Shown here: piece after piece, positions 38,995 through 51,917 of the stretch
How the letters are laid out: each line of letters begins with the position of its first letter
Position numbering within the stretch: the stretch's first letter is position 1
Source: the human T2T-CHM13v2.0 reference genome, Homo sapiens
DNA length: 64,000 nucleotides
Reading direction: 5' to 3' (one strand)
Assembly (NCBI RefSeq): GCF_009914755.1
Contig: NC_060932.1
Translations under genes and position numbers: made by a program
Notes under the pieces: model-generated
Seen by the model: the letters and a program-made list of their open reading frames with translations, nothing else
Told to the model about the DNA's origin: nothing
The model's database searches: none

Positions 38995-39985
38995 TAAGGT
39001 TTTGAACTTTCAAGTGGGTATCATAACAATATACTGGAACAGGGATCGCCCACCTCTTTGATTTCACTATGTGAATGGGACATTTAAATTTTGGATCCAA
39101 TTCTAGTGTATTCCAGCTGTCTTATGACTACAGATTAAAATTAAATAGATCCTGAAGTTCTTTTACTCTTAGGGCACATTACCAAACACAGAAAATGCTG
39201 AATAGAAAAAAATGAACAAGTAAATGAATGAATGCATGACCAAGTAGATGAATGAATGCATGGCTCACACTTCCCTGTGACAGGCCAGAATTCTGAAAGC
39301 CTCTTGTAAGACCCATTCCAAAGGTCTACTCTAAAACAGGCATGTCCCTTACTCTCTCACTTTACCTGCCTTCGGCTTCATCTATTCTTCCTATTTTTTC
39401 TTTTTCTTACCAGAAGTTGCAATGTGTTTAGGTTGTAAGGATATTCTGTAGTTTGATGTAAAAATATTAGATACCTCTAAATCTAAATGAATCACCAGAC
39501 AATTGGTAGCTCAATTCAAATGGTTTGTTTCATCTTCAGCACTTCTGGACTTCTATTCCATTCTCCATTAAAAAAAAGGGGAGGGAATCTGGGATTCTAT
39601 ACACATCTCAGAGATATACAAATTTGGTTTTTGTGTGTGCCCTTTATTGCAATGTTATCACCATACAGGCAGAGATTATATCTTTCTCCCTAGCTATGTT
39701 ATCTGCAATACCTAGCACATTGTATAGCCTCAACTATATACTCCAAAAATATTTACTGAATAAGTGTACCATTTTCTACTCCACTACTTATGATTTCAAC
39801 AAAGTGCCCTTGGAGATTTCTGATTCCTAAATAACACAAATTAAAAAAGAACAAAAGAAGAAAGAAAGAAACACAAAAAATGTCAACTGAACAATTTGAA
39901 GCTAGTATACAACTCTTTAAAGTAGTCTTAGGGGTGCTGCATACTATCCTGGAATCCTGCAGTATAGGACTAAGGATAGAAGGCC

Positions 39986-40199
39986 CTAGAATAGTGCTAC
40001 CCAAAGAAGTTTCTGCAGCAATGGAAATGTTCTATATCTGCACTCTCCAAAAGGGTAGATAGACACTGGCAACATGAGGACATTGATTTGTTGACATATG
40101 ACTAGTTTAATTAAGCAATAGAATTTATTTTATTTCAGTTCATTTAAATTAGAACTAAAACATGACTAATGACTACTATATTGGATAGCACAGTTTTAG
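39986..40199 (+). mobile_element. MER3 (hAT-Charlie MITE)
   Basis: atggaaatgttctatatctgcactctccaa...ctactatattggatagcacag. Confidence 0.82.
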
Positions 40200-40768
40200 G
40201 TCACATTGCTGATATTTAGGGATGTGTTTGGTGCCAAAGAACAATCTGTAATCATCCAAACCAAATACTTTGAAGTAGGACTAAGGTAAAAATGATGCTA
40301 ACTAACATTTTGACAAAATTATTTTTATTCCCCTTTAACTGGAGGATAGCATACTATCTTCTGAAAAATAATTCTTATTGACTTGAAGTCTTTAACGAAG
40401 ATAAACAATAACCTCCAAACTAAATAATTTAAACATCTTTAAAATTTTTTAAAGGTCAGCGCAGTCCTGTCTGGTTGTCGTGCTAGCCTTGTTGAAGGCA
40501 CACAGGAGAGGAAAGACGTTGCCTATGACAATGGTATGGCAGTGATAGCCAAAGTGGTTGATGACCAAAGCATTGCTACAGAACGCTATATTCTGCCAAA
40601 TCCATGAATGTATTAATGAGCAGGAAATGTTGAAAAGAAGTGAGAAAATACAATGATAAATGAAAATGAGAGAGGTGAAGGTATACAAAACAGAGATGCC
40701 TGTGATCATAGTAGTCACACCCCCATAAACGTGTGTGCAGTGTTGTCCACTCCATCGTATCAACTTAC

Positions 40769-40818
40769 GGAAGTTTGTTAACATCAAGCCCTAAGACTGC
40801 AATTCTCTTAACATTATT
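40769..40818 (-). other. Candidate exon, or 3' end of a first exon
   Basis: Minus strand cccacttccaacacttgcAG|aataatg...aaacttcc|GTAAGT; CCAAT and GT-box lie 100-200 bp upstream. Confidence 0.3.
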
Positions 40819-41754
40819 CTGCAAGTGTTGGAAGTGGGTCAAAACTAACAACAGGGATAGAAGATTATGGTGCCCACGAAGGTACAAGTGAAAAAAAAAA
40901 AAAAAAGGAGCATAGGGCTTCCCAATCAGAAAGGGAAGGCAGACTCCACAGCCCATGTGCTGTCTGTTATGGGGTGTGGGTGTTTGTGTGTGAAGTAATC
41001 ATTTTAATTTCAAACTGCATTGCTCCCTATTTCCTGCTCTTTAGCAGGGGGTCTCTATCCTGTTCAGAGGTAACAATACTCTAAACACAAAGAGGTATTT
41101 CTGAGTCTCTCCTAAAAGTGGCAGAGCCAGAACCCTCCCGCAGGGCTGAGCTCCCCTTGCCTACCATTATTCATGGGCAGGCGGCTCGGAACCACTTCCA
41201 CCATCTGCCTCCAGCTGTGTTGGCATAACAGAAAGTCAAATATGCTGCAACAAGCTCCAACCCTGAATTTATTGTAAAAGCCACCATTTCTATTTCATTT
41301 GGCTAGTAAACAATCTCATACTATTAGGATGGTTAATTATAAATAACAGTCTAGCCTCTTTTAATTGAAATCTACATTTATTTAGAGCCTTTTCATGAGA
41401 CTAGAATTAAGAAACAAAAAGCATTAGGAATGAATAGAAATGGACCACACTATTCGAATAGAAAAACCTCAAAAGCTAAGCATTAAAGTGCCCCTAAAAA
41501 GTAAAGATACTTTACACTTTAACAGCATTTTTCTCTGAATTGTCAATGTTAACTCTTCTATCATTCCTGAAGTGAAGTAATGGTTATCAATGTTATTTTG
41601 ACAGTAAAATCTATCTGCAGAGATATGCATTACTGAGTATGCATAAGGTATTTTAAAATAAATAAAGACATTCATAGAAATTCATTCTGTTATTAAAAAT
41701 TATTATTGATCTGCCTATTATGTACAAGTAACTGAGCTAAAAGCTCAGGCAATA

Positions 41755-42016
41755 ATTTTGAAAATTTTCACTCCAAGAAACAGTAAAAATGTATTTTACA
41801 TTGTGACACAGTGTATGCTCAGAAATATATTTACAGGACTCAAAGAAGATTTCATGAAACAATATTTAACCTTAATAAGTGTGAGGCATTCTGATATTTT
41901 CTATCCTACTCTAATTAATAACTTATTATTATAATCTACTTCATACAAAGTGATCAACTCACTATATCAATTTTAGAACCCATCAATGGGTTGAAATCTG
42001 CAGTTTGAAAAACAAT
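41755..42016. mobile_element. MER113-like hAT-Charlie fragment
   Basis: ttcatgaaacaatatttaacctt...acccatcaatgggttgaaatctgcagtttgaaaaaca. Confidence 0.55.
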
Positions 42017-42071
42017 ATTAGAGAGAGCAACATAAATCATACTCCATTTTCTACCCTTAAAAAGTTTATGA

Positions 42072-42688
42072 TGAAACTGTCCCTACAGGGTTGACAAGAA
42101 TTATAATACATGCCAGATTCTGGACAGAAATATAGTTATAATTAAGCATTAATCAAGTTGCACTTTAGCCCATTTCCTTGTTGCCAAAAGTCACACAGCA
42201 ATAGATCCTGATCATTTGCATCTCCATTATTCCTATAGGTAGGATTTCTGACATTAGGGTTGTAAGACTATAAAAATTGATTTGCATCCCTATTGTACCT
42301 ATAGACAGGATCCCTGACATTAGAATCATAAGTCTTTTGTTTAAGGATTGTTTAAGATGTTTTTCAGATCCCAAATTCTAGCAACCAGTTTGAAGACCCC
42401 CACAGAGTAATGAGAGCTGCATGAGAATACAGCTTCTTCACCTCTCTGTCCCATGACTTCACCTTGTACTCTTTGACCAATCAGCAATCTCCACACTTTG
42501 GCACACTCCACAACCCTTAAAAACTCTAGCACCAAACTCCTTGGGGAGACAGATTTGAGGTTCCTTCCCCGCTCCTCATTTGGTGACCCTAGTGTTAATC
42601 CTCTTTCTCTGCTACAGCAGAGAATACACCAATATCTTGGTGTATTGACTTGCTGTGTGCCTCAGGCAGTGAACCTATTACAGTTACA
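42072..42688 (+). mobile_element. ERV1 solo LTR, MER66-like
   Basis: tgaaactgtccctacagggttgacaagaatt...tggacagaaatatagttataattaagcattaatca...cagttaca; internal ~65-bp imperfect tandem duplication. Confidence 0.8.
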
Positions 42689-43344
42689 ATTATCAAACAG
42701 CCAAAATGAGACAAAAAAATAAAGAGGGATAATAACAATAATAAGAAAGAAAACTAAGCAACTTGAGAGTTTAAAATGAGGGAGATACTGCCATAAAACA
42801 GAATATTGCAGACATCATTGTTGAAAGAAGTGATAGGAAGTAGAAAGTTGAAAGAAAAGATACATAATACTCAGTCAAGAGGAAGGTTTAATGGACAAGC
42901 TGATGTTTATGATGGAACTTGAAAGCAGATAAGATTATGAGAGGCAGATATACAAAAGGGTAGAAATGATACTCCAGATAGAGTTCACAGCATGGGCCAA
43001 GGCACACAGATGAATAGGCAGTGGAGGGGTGGATTCAGGAATCAGTGAGCCAGCCATTTTGGCTACAGAATATTGGGTAATCTGAAGGAATAAAAAAGAA
43101 TCTGCAAAGATAAAAGGTACCTTGGGTGAATGGGTGAATATTATTTTAGAATTTAATTGGCGATGAGAAAAAATCTGAAATTGCTCATTCATCCATCCAA
43201 CCATCCATCCACCCATGCATTCAATGAGAACTTATTAAGTAGCAATAGGCAATGCACTCTGCAAGCTACAAAAGAAAATGAGCAGGAAATAACCCCTCAC
43301 CCTTTACTTTGTAGGAAACAAAAATACGCTAAACCCAATATGAG

Positions 43345-43871
43345 TGTAGAAAACTAAAATTATGCCACCCCAAAATATGCCTCTTTGGCCTAAGGCTTAT
43401 TTTGAGCTGATTATTTTGAGAAACTGCAGACACAGGAGAAGCTCTGAAAATAGAAGTTACCCTTTGGTAAGATAAATGTATATTTATAAAGGAAACCTCC
43501 ATTTGTAAGTGTATCTCCCTCTCTGTACCTGGAAGAGAACGACTCTAAATCTACTGACTCTTATCAATGGAGAAGGCACTGACTTAAATCTGCATAAAAA
43601 CCTTATCCTTGTTTAAGGTGATTTTCCTGGCCACCTCCTAATAACCTAGTTTTGCCCTCACCCTTCTTTATTTCAGTAGATGATGGTATTTAAGCTTAAA
43701 TTAGAAGTCACCTCTTTGAGATTTACTCATTTTGCATGTGTGGGTACGTGAGGTACACATGTTAATAAACTTCTGTTTGTTTTTCTCTTGTTAATCTGTC
43801 TTTTGATACAGGGATTTGTCCCAACTAAGGACTATGAAGGTAGTGAAAAAATTATTTTTTCCTATCCCACA
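43345..43871 (+). mobile_element. MER34-like ERV1 solo LTR
   Basis: tatgccaccccaaaatatgcctctttgg...ttttgagaaactgcagacacaggagaagctctgaaaa; AATAAA near the 3' end. Confidence 0.85.
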
Positions 43872-43951
43872 ATTGTTTATATTGTTGTAAGAGCTGTAAA
43901 ACAATTAAACAATTAGCAATCACACAATGAAAAAGCCATTGAAGTAAATTA

Positions 43952-44275
43952 TAGTAGCACCCCTTATCCACAAGAGATACCTTCCAGACCCCTTGGAGGA
44001 TGCCTGAAACCATGGATAGAGCTGAACATTTTATCTACTATGTTTGCTTCCATACATACACACCTATAATAAAGTTTAATTGATAAATTAAGCACAGTAA
44101 GAGATAAACAAGAGTAATAATACAATAGACAAATTATAACAATATACTATAATAAAACTTATGTAAATGTGGTCTTCCTCTCTCTCTTAAAATATGTTAA
44201 TATTTTCAGAGCTCGGTTCACCACAAGTAACCTGAATCTGTAGAAAGCAAAACCACAGATAAGGGAGAATTACTG
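43952..44275 (+). mobile_element. MER44A (Tigger-derived MITE)
   Basis: Terminal inverted repeats tagtagcaccccttatc / gataagggagaattactg; TA target duplication on both sides. Confidence 0.9.
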
Positions 44276-46479
44276 TAGTCTAGCAGCTTCTTGGAGAACT
44301 TCAAGCTATAAGAAACTGTACACAGAGAAGCCAATGATGAGAAGGGAAAGATGAATTGTCTAATAATTTCAAAGAGAAAATATGACTGTTTCTATAGGTT
44401 TGCATGTTTTCACTGGTCAAACTTCCTTTGTCCTCCTCATACTGAGAAATGTGCATGTGTTTGGCAGGGAACCATATTCAAGGCCAATTCAGCACTGCTT
44501 GGCTGTGATGTACTTACACAATCATCTGCCCATCCTCTACCACTCATTTATTTATACAGTACCGTACATTTACATATATCTCTTTTGTCTGACAGGTCTC
44601 ATTTTAATATTATTATAGCATCATTTTTGCCACTCATCAGTTCAATCTCAACTGAAGATAACATACTTTCCTTTCTTGTCTGTTATTTTTCTTGTTTCAC
44701 TTTTTCTGTCATGGCAGGGACTTTATTAACCCAAAAGGCAGTGTAAGAAATTATTAAACAGATTTTTGTTTTCTAGCTCACTTTACCATTACACAAGGCT
44801 GTGTCTGACCAACTGTGCCTCATATTTTCAAAAGCTATAGATGTTACAGTAACTCATATTCCTCTAGCACTAGGGAGAAGGTAACTTTACTTATTAGCTG
44901 CACGTTTTATGTTTAGGGTGATTATTATCTACTTTTTTCTTTTTTAAAACCTATTGTGTGATTTCAGTTTCCTTTTAAAACAAATACCTTCATCCCTTTT
45001 TACTTGAGGTGGTTGTATTTGGTCATAAAAGAGGCCACTTGGTATCAGAACACCCTCACATATTTGCCTAATAATCCCTTTTAAGTAATCTGGCCTGTTG
45101 TTAATGGCTTTTTTTTAAGCCAGTCATACACTTAGAATCAAAATTAGCATCTAAATGAGGATGTTTTAAAACGCATGCCTAGGGGTTGCCAGTTTCACCT
45201 TTTTTATAGTTTGCCATGTTAAATTATGTAAAATAGAAATGGTATTTTAGTATTTAATGAGCTAATGCAGAACCTATTGAGACTGTGTCCCATCCCCCAC
45301 TTTTCCCTCACACAGCCCACAAAATGCTTTTTAAGGTATGAGAAATGGCTGTGAATTTTAAAGCATGTGTCATAATGTGGAGAACCCTTTCCTTTCAATG
45401 ACTACCCCATTTTAAAAGTAAGGTATTACTAGGGAAAATGCTAGGTGTAGGAAATCTGGATTTATAATCACTTTTTTTTTTAATCTGATGGTGTTATGCA
45501 TAATAACATTAATTTATTCAGCATTTAATTTTTCTAGAAAAATTTATTATGGGTTACATAATGTTACAGTCTCAATTTACTAGCAAGGAAAATTTCGTAA
45601 GTTAAATCAAGAAATTATGACATAAGCAGAAGAAAAATGAAATATGCATTCAAAAATATCTAAATAATGCCAAAAATACATTGTCAGAGAGCTACAAACA
45701 TCATAAAGGTATAAAGGAGTCAGTGTTATAATTAGAGACTGGTGTTTCAGCTGGATATCATGAACACTTTCAGGAAATTAAATCTATCATCTGGTAGTTT
45801 GGCCCCACAAGAGAAAGAGGATCTCCATTGTTTAAGTCATTTAGAAATAGATAGGGACTGTGGTATAAAAGAAGAAAGAAGGGAATGATTAGATAACCCG
45901 ATTAGCTGGTTCTTTCTATCATCCAAAAGCTTCTGCTTCATAGTGCAGAAAACTGAAGTAGAATTTCTATGTGATAACAAATCTTGTTATTGCTATTATT
46001 ATTATTGGTATATATAATAAAGCATACCTTTACCTCTCAAAGGTAAAGATCCTAGAAAAAATATATATGTAGCAAAACAAATAGAGTTTTGCAAGTGATG
46101 AAAGCATAAACCTCCAATAGCATTATGCAAAATTTCAGAGCACTGAGATCTAAGGTGTTTGGTTTTGCTACTTCTCCTGTGTTTCCTGGGCCATTTTTGT
46201 GCCCTATCATCCACTCTCTCATATCTCTATGAATTTTCTCCACTTTACGGAATACCCTCCACTTTTCATTTAATGGCTATTTTTTGCTGAGTAAAAAGCT
46301 AAAGTGACACCATCTTCATAGTAAAGTCACATTGTGCATCCTCTTTTTCATAATTTTATGTAAATTTTTTAGTATTTTCAGTATATAATTAAATCAAACT
46401 CATTTGTTTAAATGGACAAAAACAGGCAGCTGTGTCTAAGGAAAAAATTGAGATTTTCTATTCTACCACTTCTCAGGTG

Positions 46480-47190
46480 GCTGTGGACAATATTTTGGTA
46501 TGTAGTCTATGTGTACACAAACATTCCCGTGTACACTTAAGTGTGTGCATATTCCTTTTTACATAGCATTAATTAGTTCTCAGAATATAATTAAGTTGGC
46601 CCCAATATTATAATTACATTATAATACATTGATGTAGCATTGTAATTGTCATCTTTTAATTTAAAAGTAGGCTGGGTTAAATACAAAACGTTTGCTGAGT
46701 TAGAGTTCTACTTTTGATGTCTTTTTCCAAATTGGCTTCCAGAAAGCTTGAATCAATGCCTCAAAGTATGTGAAACTTTGTTTTACATTTATATCTTCAC
46801 CAACAGAGAATCAATATTAATAATCTTTTTAATCTTTGCCAATCTAATATTTGAAAATTATTTATTCTTGTCTTAATTTGTATTTTTCCCTGAGACGGCA
46901 TTATGTTTTCTTTTGTGTTTATTGGCATTTGTACAGCCAATACAGTTACATGGGTCATTGAACAGCCTTATGTACACCTTTGGCCCACTTTATTGTGAGT
47001 TTTTTTAATCATGTGTGAGAGTTTATTTTATATTACGTACACTGCCATTTGTGAGGTAAACATTTTTATGGAATATTGTTTGCTTTTGATTTTTTATATG
47101 TTATTTGTATAGAGTAAAATTTATTAACCCTCTTTGTATTTATGATTTTTATTTTTCAGGTCATGCTTACAAAGTCTTCTTTGACACAGT
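46480..47190 (-). mobile_element. Very old L1 (L1ME-type) fragment
   Basis: ccaaattggcttccagaaag...cttcaccaaca...tttttaatctttgccaatct...ttaatttgtattt. Confidence 0.65.
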
Positions 47191-47199
47191 GCTTTAATT

Positions 47200-47421
47200 T
47201 TCATTAGAATCATTTAGTCCTTGTTGCTCCCATAGTATGTTTTCTGTAGGACTAGGAGATAGTACCATAATTATCTGTTTCCATAACTGGCTTGTGAGTT
47301 CCAAGAGGGCAGGAAATATGTCTTATTCATTTTTATATTCTAGTTAACAGGAAAGCCAAAATACTACGGCATATAAATAGTAGCTGGTAAATGAATAAGT
47401 AAATGAACGTAAATGAATGAA
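47200..47421 (+). mobile_element. L2 3' fragment
   Basis: tgtgagttccaagagggcagg..tgtcttattcattttt; (aatg)n end. Confidence 0.7.
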
Positions 47422-47537
47422 CAAGATTTTAAGTTTATTACCAATCATAATCACCATGAAATGAACCAATACCCTTGTTAGGAAATTAAGCATATTTATT
47501 TACAAAATCACAAATTTTCAATTTCTGAAATCACCAT

Positions 47538-47943
47538 TATTAAAAAAATAACTTTAGATAAATTAAATTTAACAGAGCTAAATTGAGCAAAGAAGGATTC
47601 ATGAATCAGGCAGCTCCCAGTATCAGAGTAGGTTCAGAGTGACTTCAGGGCTGCCACAGAGTCAGAAAACATTTATGAATAAACAAGAAGGAAAGTGACA
47701 TACAGAAAAGAAAGTGAGGTCAGAAACAATTGGATTGGTTACTGTTTGGTGTTGGCCTTATTTAAACACAATTTGAACAGTTGTCCACCTGGGACTGGCA
47801 GACTTGGCTACTTCTTATACCAATAGATGACAGTCTATTTGAACATTCTCTTAAGTTACAGTTCACTATGAATGGAGAAACCTTTAGTCTAAACTGAAAA
47901 TAAATATGTAATGAGGTCGCTTTAGGCTACACTTAATTTAACA
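47538..47943 (-). mobile_element. MER57-like ERV1 solo LTR
   Basis: Minus strand starts tgttaaattaagtgtagcctaaagc; exact TSD CCAT at 47534-47537 and 47944-47947. Confidence 0.87.
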
Positions 47944-48272
47944 CCATTATTAATCATTTTCTACACTGTAATTTTTTAAATTCCCTATGAAATATTTTCT
48001 ATGTCTCTAATTTTATTTTTTGTTTTTTATTGTAATTTTTTTATTTTATAAATTGTGTAATCTTATACTCTGCTTCTTTTCATTTTAGGAGGTAATAGTA
48101 TTTTATTAGTCAAAATGCTTTGCTGGCAAATTACAGAACTTGAACTAGCTTTGAAAGAACTGTGAATGCTGTATCTTAATAAATCTAATTCTACACAAAA
48201 CCTTTAAAAGTAGGGGCACTGCTGTTTTAGGAACAACAAGATCCAAGTATACAAAACAATCAAGACTGTACT

Positions 48273-49773
48273 TGTAACCACCCAATGGGCTTATCTTGCC
48301 TGCTGCTAGGCAAGGCCAATTTATCAAGACAGGAGAATTGCGGTAGAGAAAAATAGCCAGTAGTAGAGCTGGCTAAATGAGAGACTGGAGTTTTGTTATT
48401 ACTCAAATCAGCCTCCCCCACAATTCAGGGACTAGGATTTTTCAAGGATAGTTTGGTGAGCTGGGGACTGGGAAAGGGTGAATGCTGACTGGTTGGGGAT
48501 ACAATCATAGGGGTATCAAAAGCAGCCCTCATACACTGAGTCAGCTTCTGGATGGGGACCACAGAGGAGTTGCTGGTCTGGGTGGGGCCATTCAGTAGTC
48601 AGAAATGCAAAAGCCTGAAAAGATATCTCAAAAGGCCTATTTTAGGTTCTACAATAGTGATGTTGATAGAGACACAAGGCAGGAAAATTCTGGGCAGAAG
48701 AGGGTGGGTCCTCAGCAGGGGCCCCAACCTCAAGCCTGGAACCACAGCCCAAAGTGAGAACATACATTCCTGTTTTCTTGCTCAAACGTTGCCTTTTCCA
48801 AAACCACCCATGTCCTACCCCATCCCTGATCCTGTGCCCATAAAAACCCCAGGCTCTGCCAGCAGAGAAGAAGAGAAACATTTGGATGTTAGGGACTACA
48901 GTTGAACACTGGAAAGAAGCAACTTAACTTCAGAGAGACGGCTTGATGGCAGAGCTTCGCAGAAGAGATCAGCTGTGGCTGGACTCCAGGGGAAGATTAC
49001 CTTCCTGCTCCATCCCCTTTTCAGCTCCCCTTCCCACTGACAGCCACTTTCATTGGAAATAAAATCCCCCACATTCACCATCCTTCAAATTTGTTCATGC
49101 GACCTCATTCCTCCTGGACACTGGACGAGAACTTGGGTGTGGGAGCAAAAAGCTGTCACACTGACCTTTCACTGAGCTGTTAACACTTAAGCCATCCGCG
49201 GATGGCAAAACTAAAAGAGTGCTTACTGTAACGCTCCTTCTGGGGCTTCAGGGATCATGGGCACTCCCCCTAGATGCTGCCATGGAGCCTTTACAAAGTT
49301 CATTCCTGCTGGCACCCAAAAGTGCTTGCTCTAGCTCCTGCACCCCCTCACCTGTGTACTCCCTCCCTCAAGGGGTTGAGCAAAGCAGGTTCAAGTTAGT
49401 GGAGTTTGTCCCTGCCAGCACCCATGCACTCCAGTTCCCACCCACAGAGGGATCAGGGAAAATTTCTTGCTTCAATGTTATTTGCAGGAATAATTGGGGA
49501 AGTTGCACATCTCATGACCTCCAGAATAATGGATGCTAATCACTTAACTACACCTACATTTTAGTGGAATCCATCCTAACCTCCTGGCCTTTCTTTAGTT
49601 TTACAAAGGCAGTTTAGTTTTGGGAAAGGATATTATCACTTAAACTATAAATTTCTCCCAAAGTTAGCTTGACCCACATCCAGGAATGACCAAGCATAGT
49701 TTGGAGGTTTAGATCAGATCTCTTTTACTGTCATAATTTTCTCACTGTTATGATTTTTGCAAAGGTGGTTTCA
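48273..49773 (-). mobile_element. LTR8-family solo LTR split by a second LTR
   Basis: Minus strand starts tgaaaccacctttgcaaaaatcataacagtgagaaaattatgacagt; homologous to 50970-51650. Confidence 0.85.
48664..49474 (+). mobile_element. LTR1-like ERV1 solo LTR nested in the LTR8-family LTR
   Basis: tgatagagac..ggcagaagagggtgggtcc...ttca; exact TSD ATGT at 48660-48663 and 49475-49478. Confidence 0.85.
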
Positions 49774-50099
49774 TCTTATCTTACCCTGCTTTACTTCCTC
49801 TGCTGTCAATTGTTGTCAGACTGACTTATACACAAAACTAGAGACATGGACATTTAGAAATTTGGAGTTCAGTATCCTCAAAGCCTAGCAGTCAGAGAGA
49901 TAAGGAATTTGCCTTCTAGATCTGTATAAAAATAAATACATATGCAAACTAAAACAAAGCAAAAAACACAAGAGGACAATTAATTGGTTAGGTAGACACA
50001 TCTTAGAACAATCACTGTAGCTAAGTGATTAAAAACAGTGATTAGGTGATTATGGGCCCCATGACTACTGAGGAATAGATTCTATTATCAAAAATGGTA

Positions 50100-50332
50100 T
50101 GTTCTCAGTCATAGGTGGGAATTGAACAATGAGAACACTTGGACACAGGGTGAGGAACATCACACACTGAGGCCTGTTATGGGATCGGGGGACGGGGGAC
50201 GGATAGCATTAGGAGATATACCTAATGTAAACAACGAGTTAAAGAGTGCAGCACACCAACATGGCACATGTATACATATGTAACAAAAACCTGCACATTG
50301 TGCACATGTACCCTAGAACTTAAAGTATAATT
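50100..50332 (+). mobile_element. Short 5'-truncated L1PA (PA4-6-like) 3' end
   Basis: ggatagcattaggagatatacctaatgtaaa...ccctagaacttaaagtataat; 10-bp TSD AAAAATGGTA at 50090-50099 and 50333-50342. Confidence 0.95.
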
Positions 50333-50364
50333 AAAAATGGTAAAGAAAAATAATAAATAATATC

Positions 50365-50590
50365 TCAGCAAGTGTCTTGGTTAAAAGACACTTGGAACTA
50401 AAGTGAGACAGACCTGGGTCTTACAAGGCTTTATGATGTCATCTCTCAGAGCCTCAGTTTTCTCATCTGTAAATAAGGATAAAATAATAAACACTTTAAG
50501 GTGATGTTTAAAAAAAATTCAGTGACATAATATAAGTAAAGTGCTTAGCAGACTATTGTTCAGTAAATCTTAGTTGTCATCATTATCCTC
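50365..50590 (+). mobile_element. MIR
   Basis: gacagacctgggt...gagcctcagttttctcatctgtaaata...gtaaagtgcttagca. Confidence 0.82.
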
Positions 50591-50969
50591 AATTTCAACC
50601 TCCTTATCATCACTGTTAATAATCTCAAAGAAGTTTTGGAAATGGAAGAGCATTTTTAAAGGAAAAATAACTGAGAAGATAAAAGAATAATTTTTATCTT
50701 CTCAATTATTTTGGTGGATAATTTTGCCCAAAAAGGACATTATAAGATACAAATGTTCAAATACTTCAGATACTAGAGACAAATCACAATAGCTATAAAT
50801 CATTAGCCCCTTGGCACTATGGTGATGGCTTTATGTGCATCATATCATTTAATCTCCAAACAACCCTATAAGGCTCTGATTTTATAAAGAAACTGAAGAT
50901 CAGAAAGATGAATAACTTATTAGGGACACTAAGGATACTAAGTTAAACCCAGCTAAATATGCATAGTTG

Positions 50970-51650
50970 TGTAACTGCCCATTGGGTTCACCTTGCCCGC
51001 TGCCTAGACAGAGTCGATTTATCAAGACAGGAGAATTGCAATAGAAAAAGAGTAATTCACACAAAGCCAGCTGTGCAGGAGACCAGAGTTATATTATTAC
51101 TCAAATCAGCCTCCCTGAGCATTTGGGGAATCAGAGTTTTTAAGGACTACTTGGTGGGTTGGGGGAAGCCAGTGAGCCAAGAGTGCTGATAGGTCAGGTC
51201 AGAGATGAAATCTTAGGGAGTTGAAGCTGCCTTCTTGCACTGAGTCAGTTCCTGGGTGGTGGCCACAAGATCAGATGAGCCACCTTATCGATCTGGGTGT
51301 TGTCAGCTGATTCATCAAGTGCAGGGTCTGCAAAATGTCTCAAGCGCTGATCCTAGAAGCAGTTTAGGGAGAATCAGAATCTTGTAGCCTCAAGCTGCAT
51401 GACTCCTAAACCATAATTTCTATTCTTGTGGCTAATGTTAGATTTACAAAGGCAGTCTAGTCCCCAGGTAAGAAGGAGCTTTGTTTTGAGAAAGGACTAA
51501 ACCATAAACTATAAACTAAGTTCCTCTCAAAGCTAGTTCAGCCTACACCCAGGAATGAACAGGGACAGCTTGGAGGCTAGAAGCAAGATGGAGTTGGTTA
51601 GGTCAGATATCTTTCACTGTCTCAGCTATAATTTTGCAATGACTGTTTCA
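50970..51650 (-). mobile_element. LTR8 solo LTR
   Basis: tgtaactgcccattgggttcaccttgcccgctgcctagacagag...ttttgcaatgactgtttca; TSD GTTG/GTAG. Confidence 0.88.
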
Positions 51651-51917
51651 GTAGTATAGCTTTGCTAAGTGAGGTCCTTGTATGATCATTGAATATGTAA
51701 GTTTCAGGAAAACTGTGCACTAAATCTAAATCAACCTCCAGCTACTGAGAGGACATGAACAAATCAGGCAACTTTACTGAGATCTCATGTCCATACTTGT
51801 CACATTGAAATAATATGAAACTCTACTTGCCAGGAGGTGTGCAATACTTTGAGTACTTGATAGCCTCATATGGCACAAGAAGTGGGAAAAAAACACCTCT
51901 TTACCCTTGGGTCTCTG

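Noticed and set aside
40454-40487. REST/RE1-like half-sites
   Set aside because: Both halves are mismatched and the spacing is non-canonical.
40537-40579. TGGCAGTG (miR-34/449-like 5' end) in a small hairpin
   Set aside because: Only an 8-bp stem, and the rest does not match those miRNAs.
40449-40787. 112-aa hydrophobic minus-strand ORF
   Set aside because: Non-ATG start, no recognisable family; hydrophobicity follows from T-rich composition.
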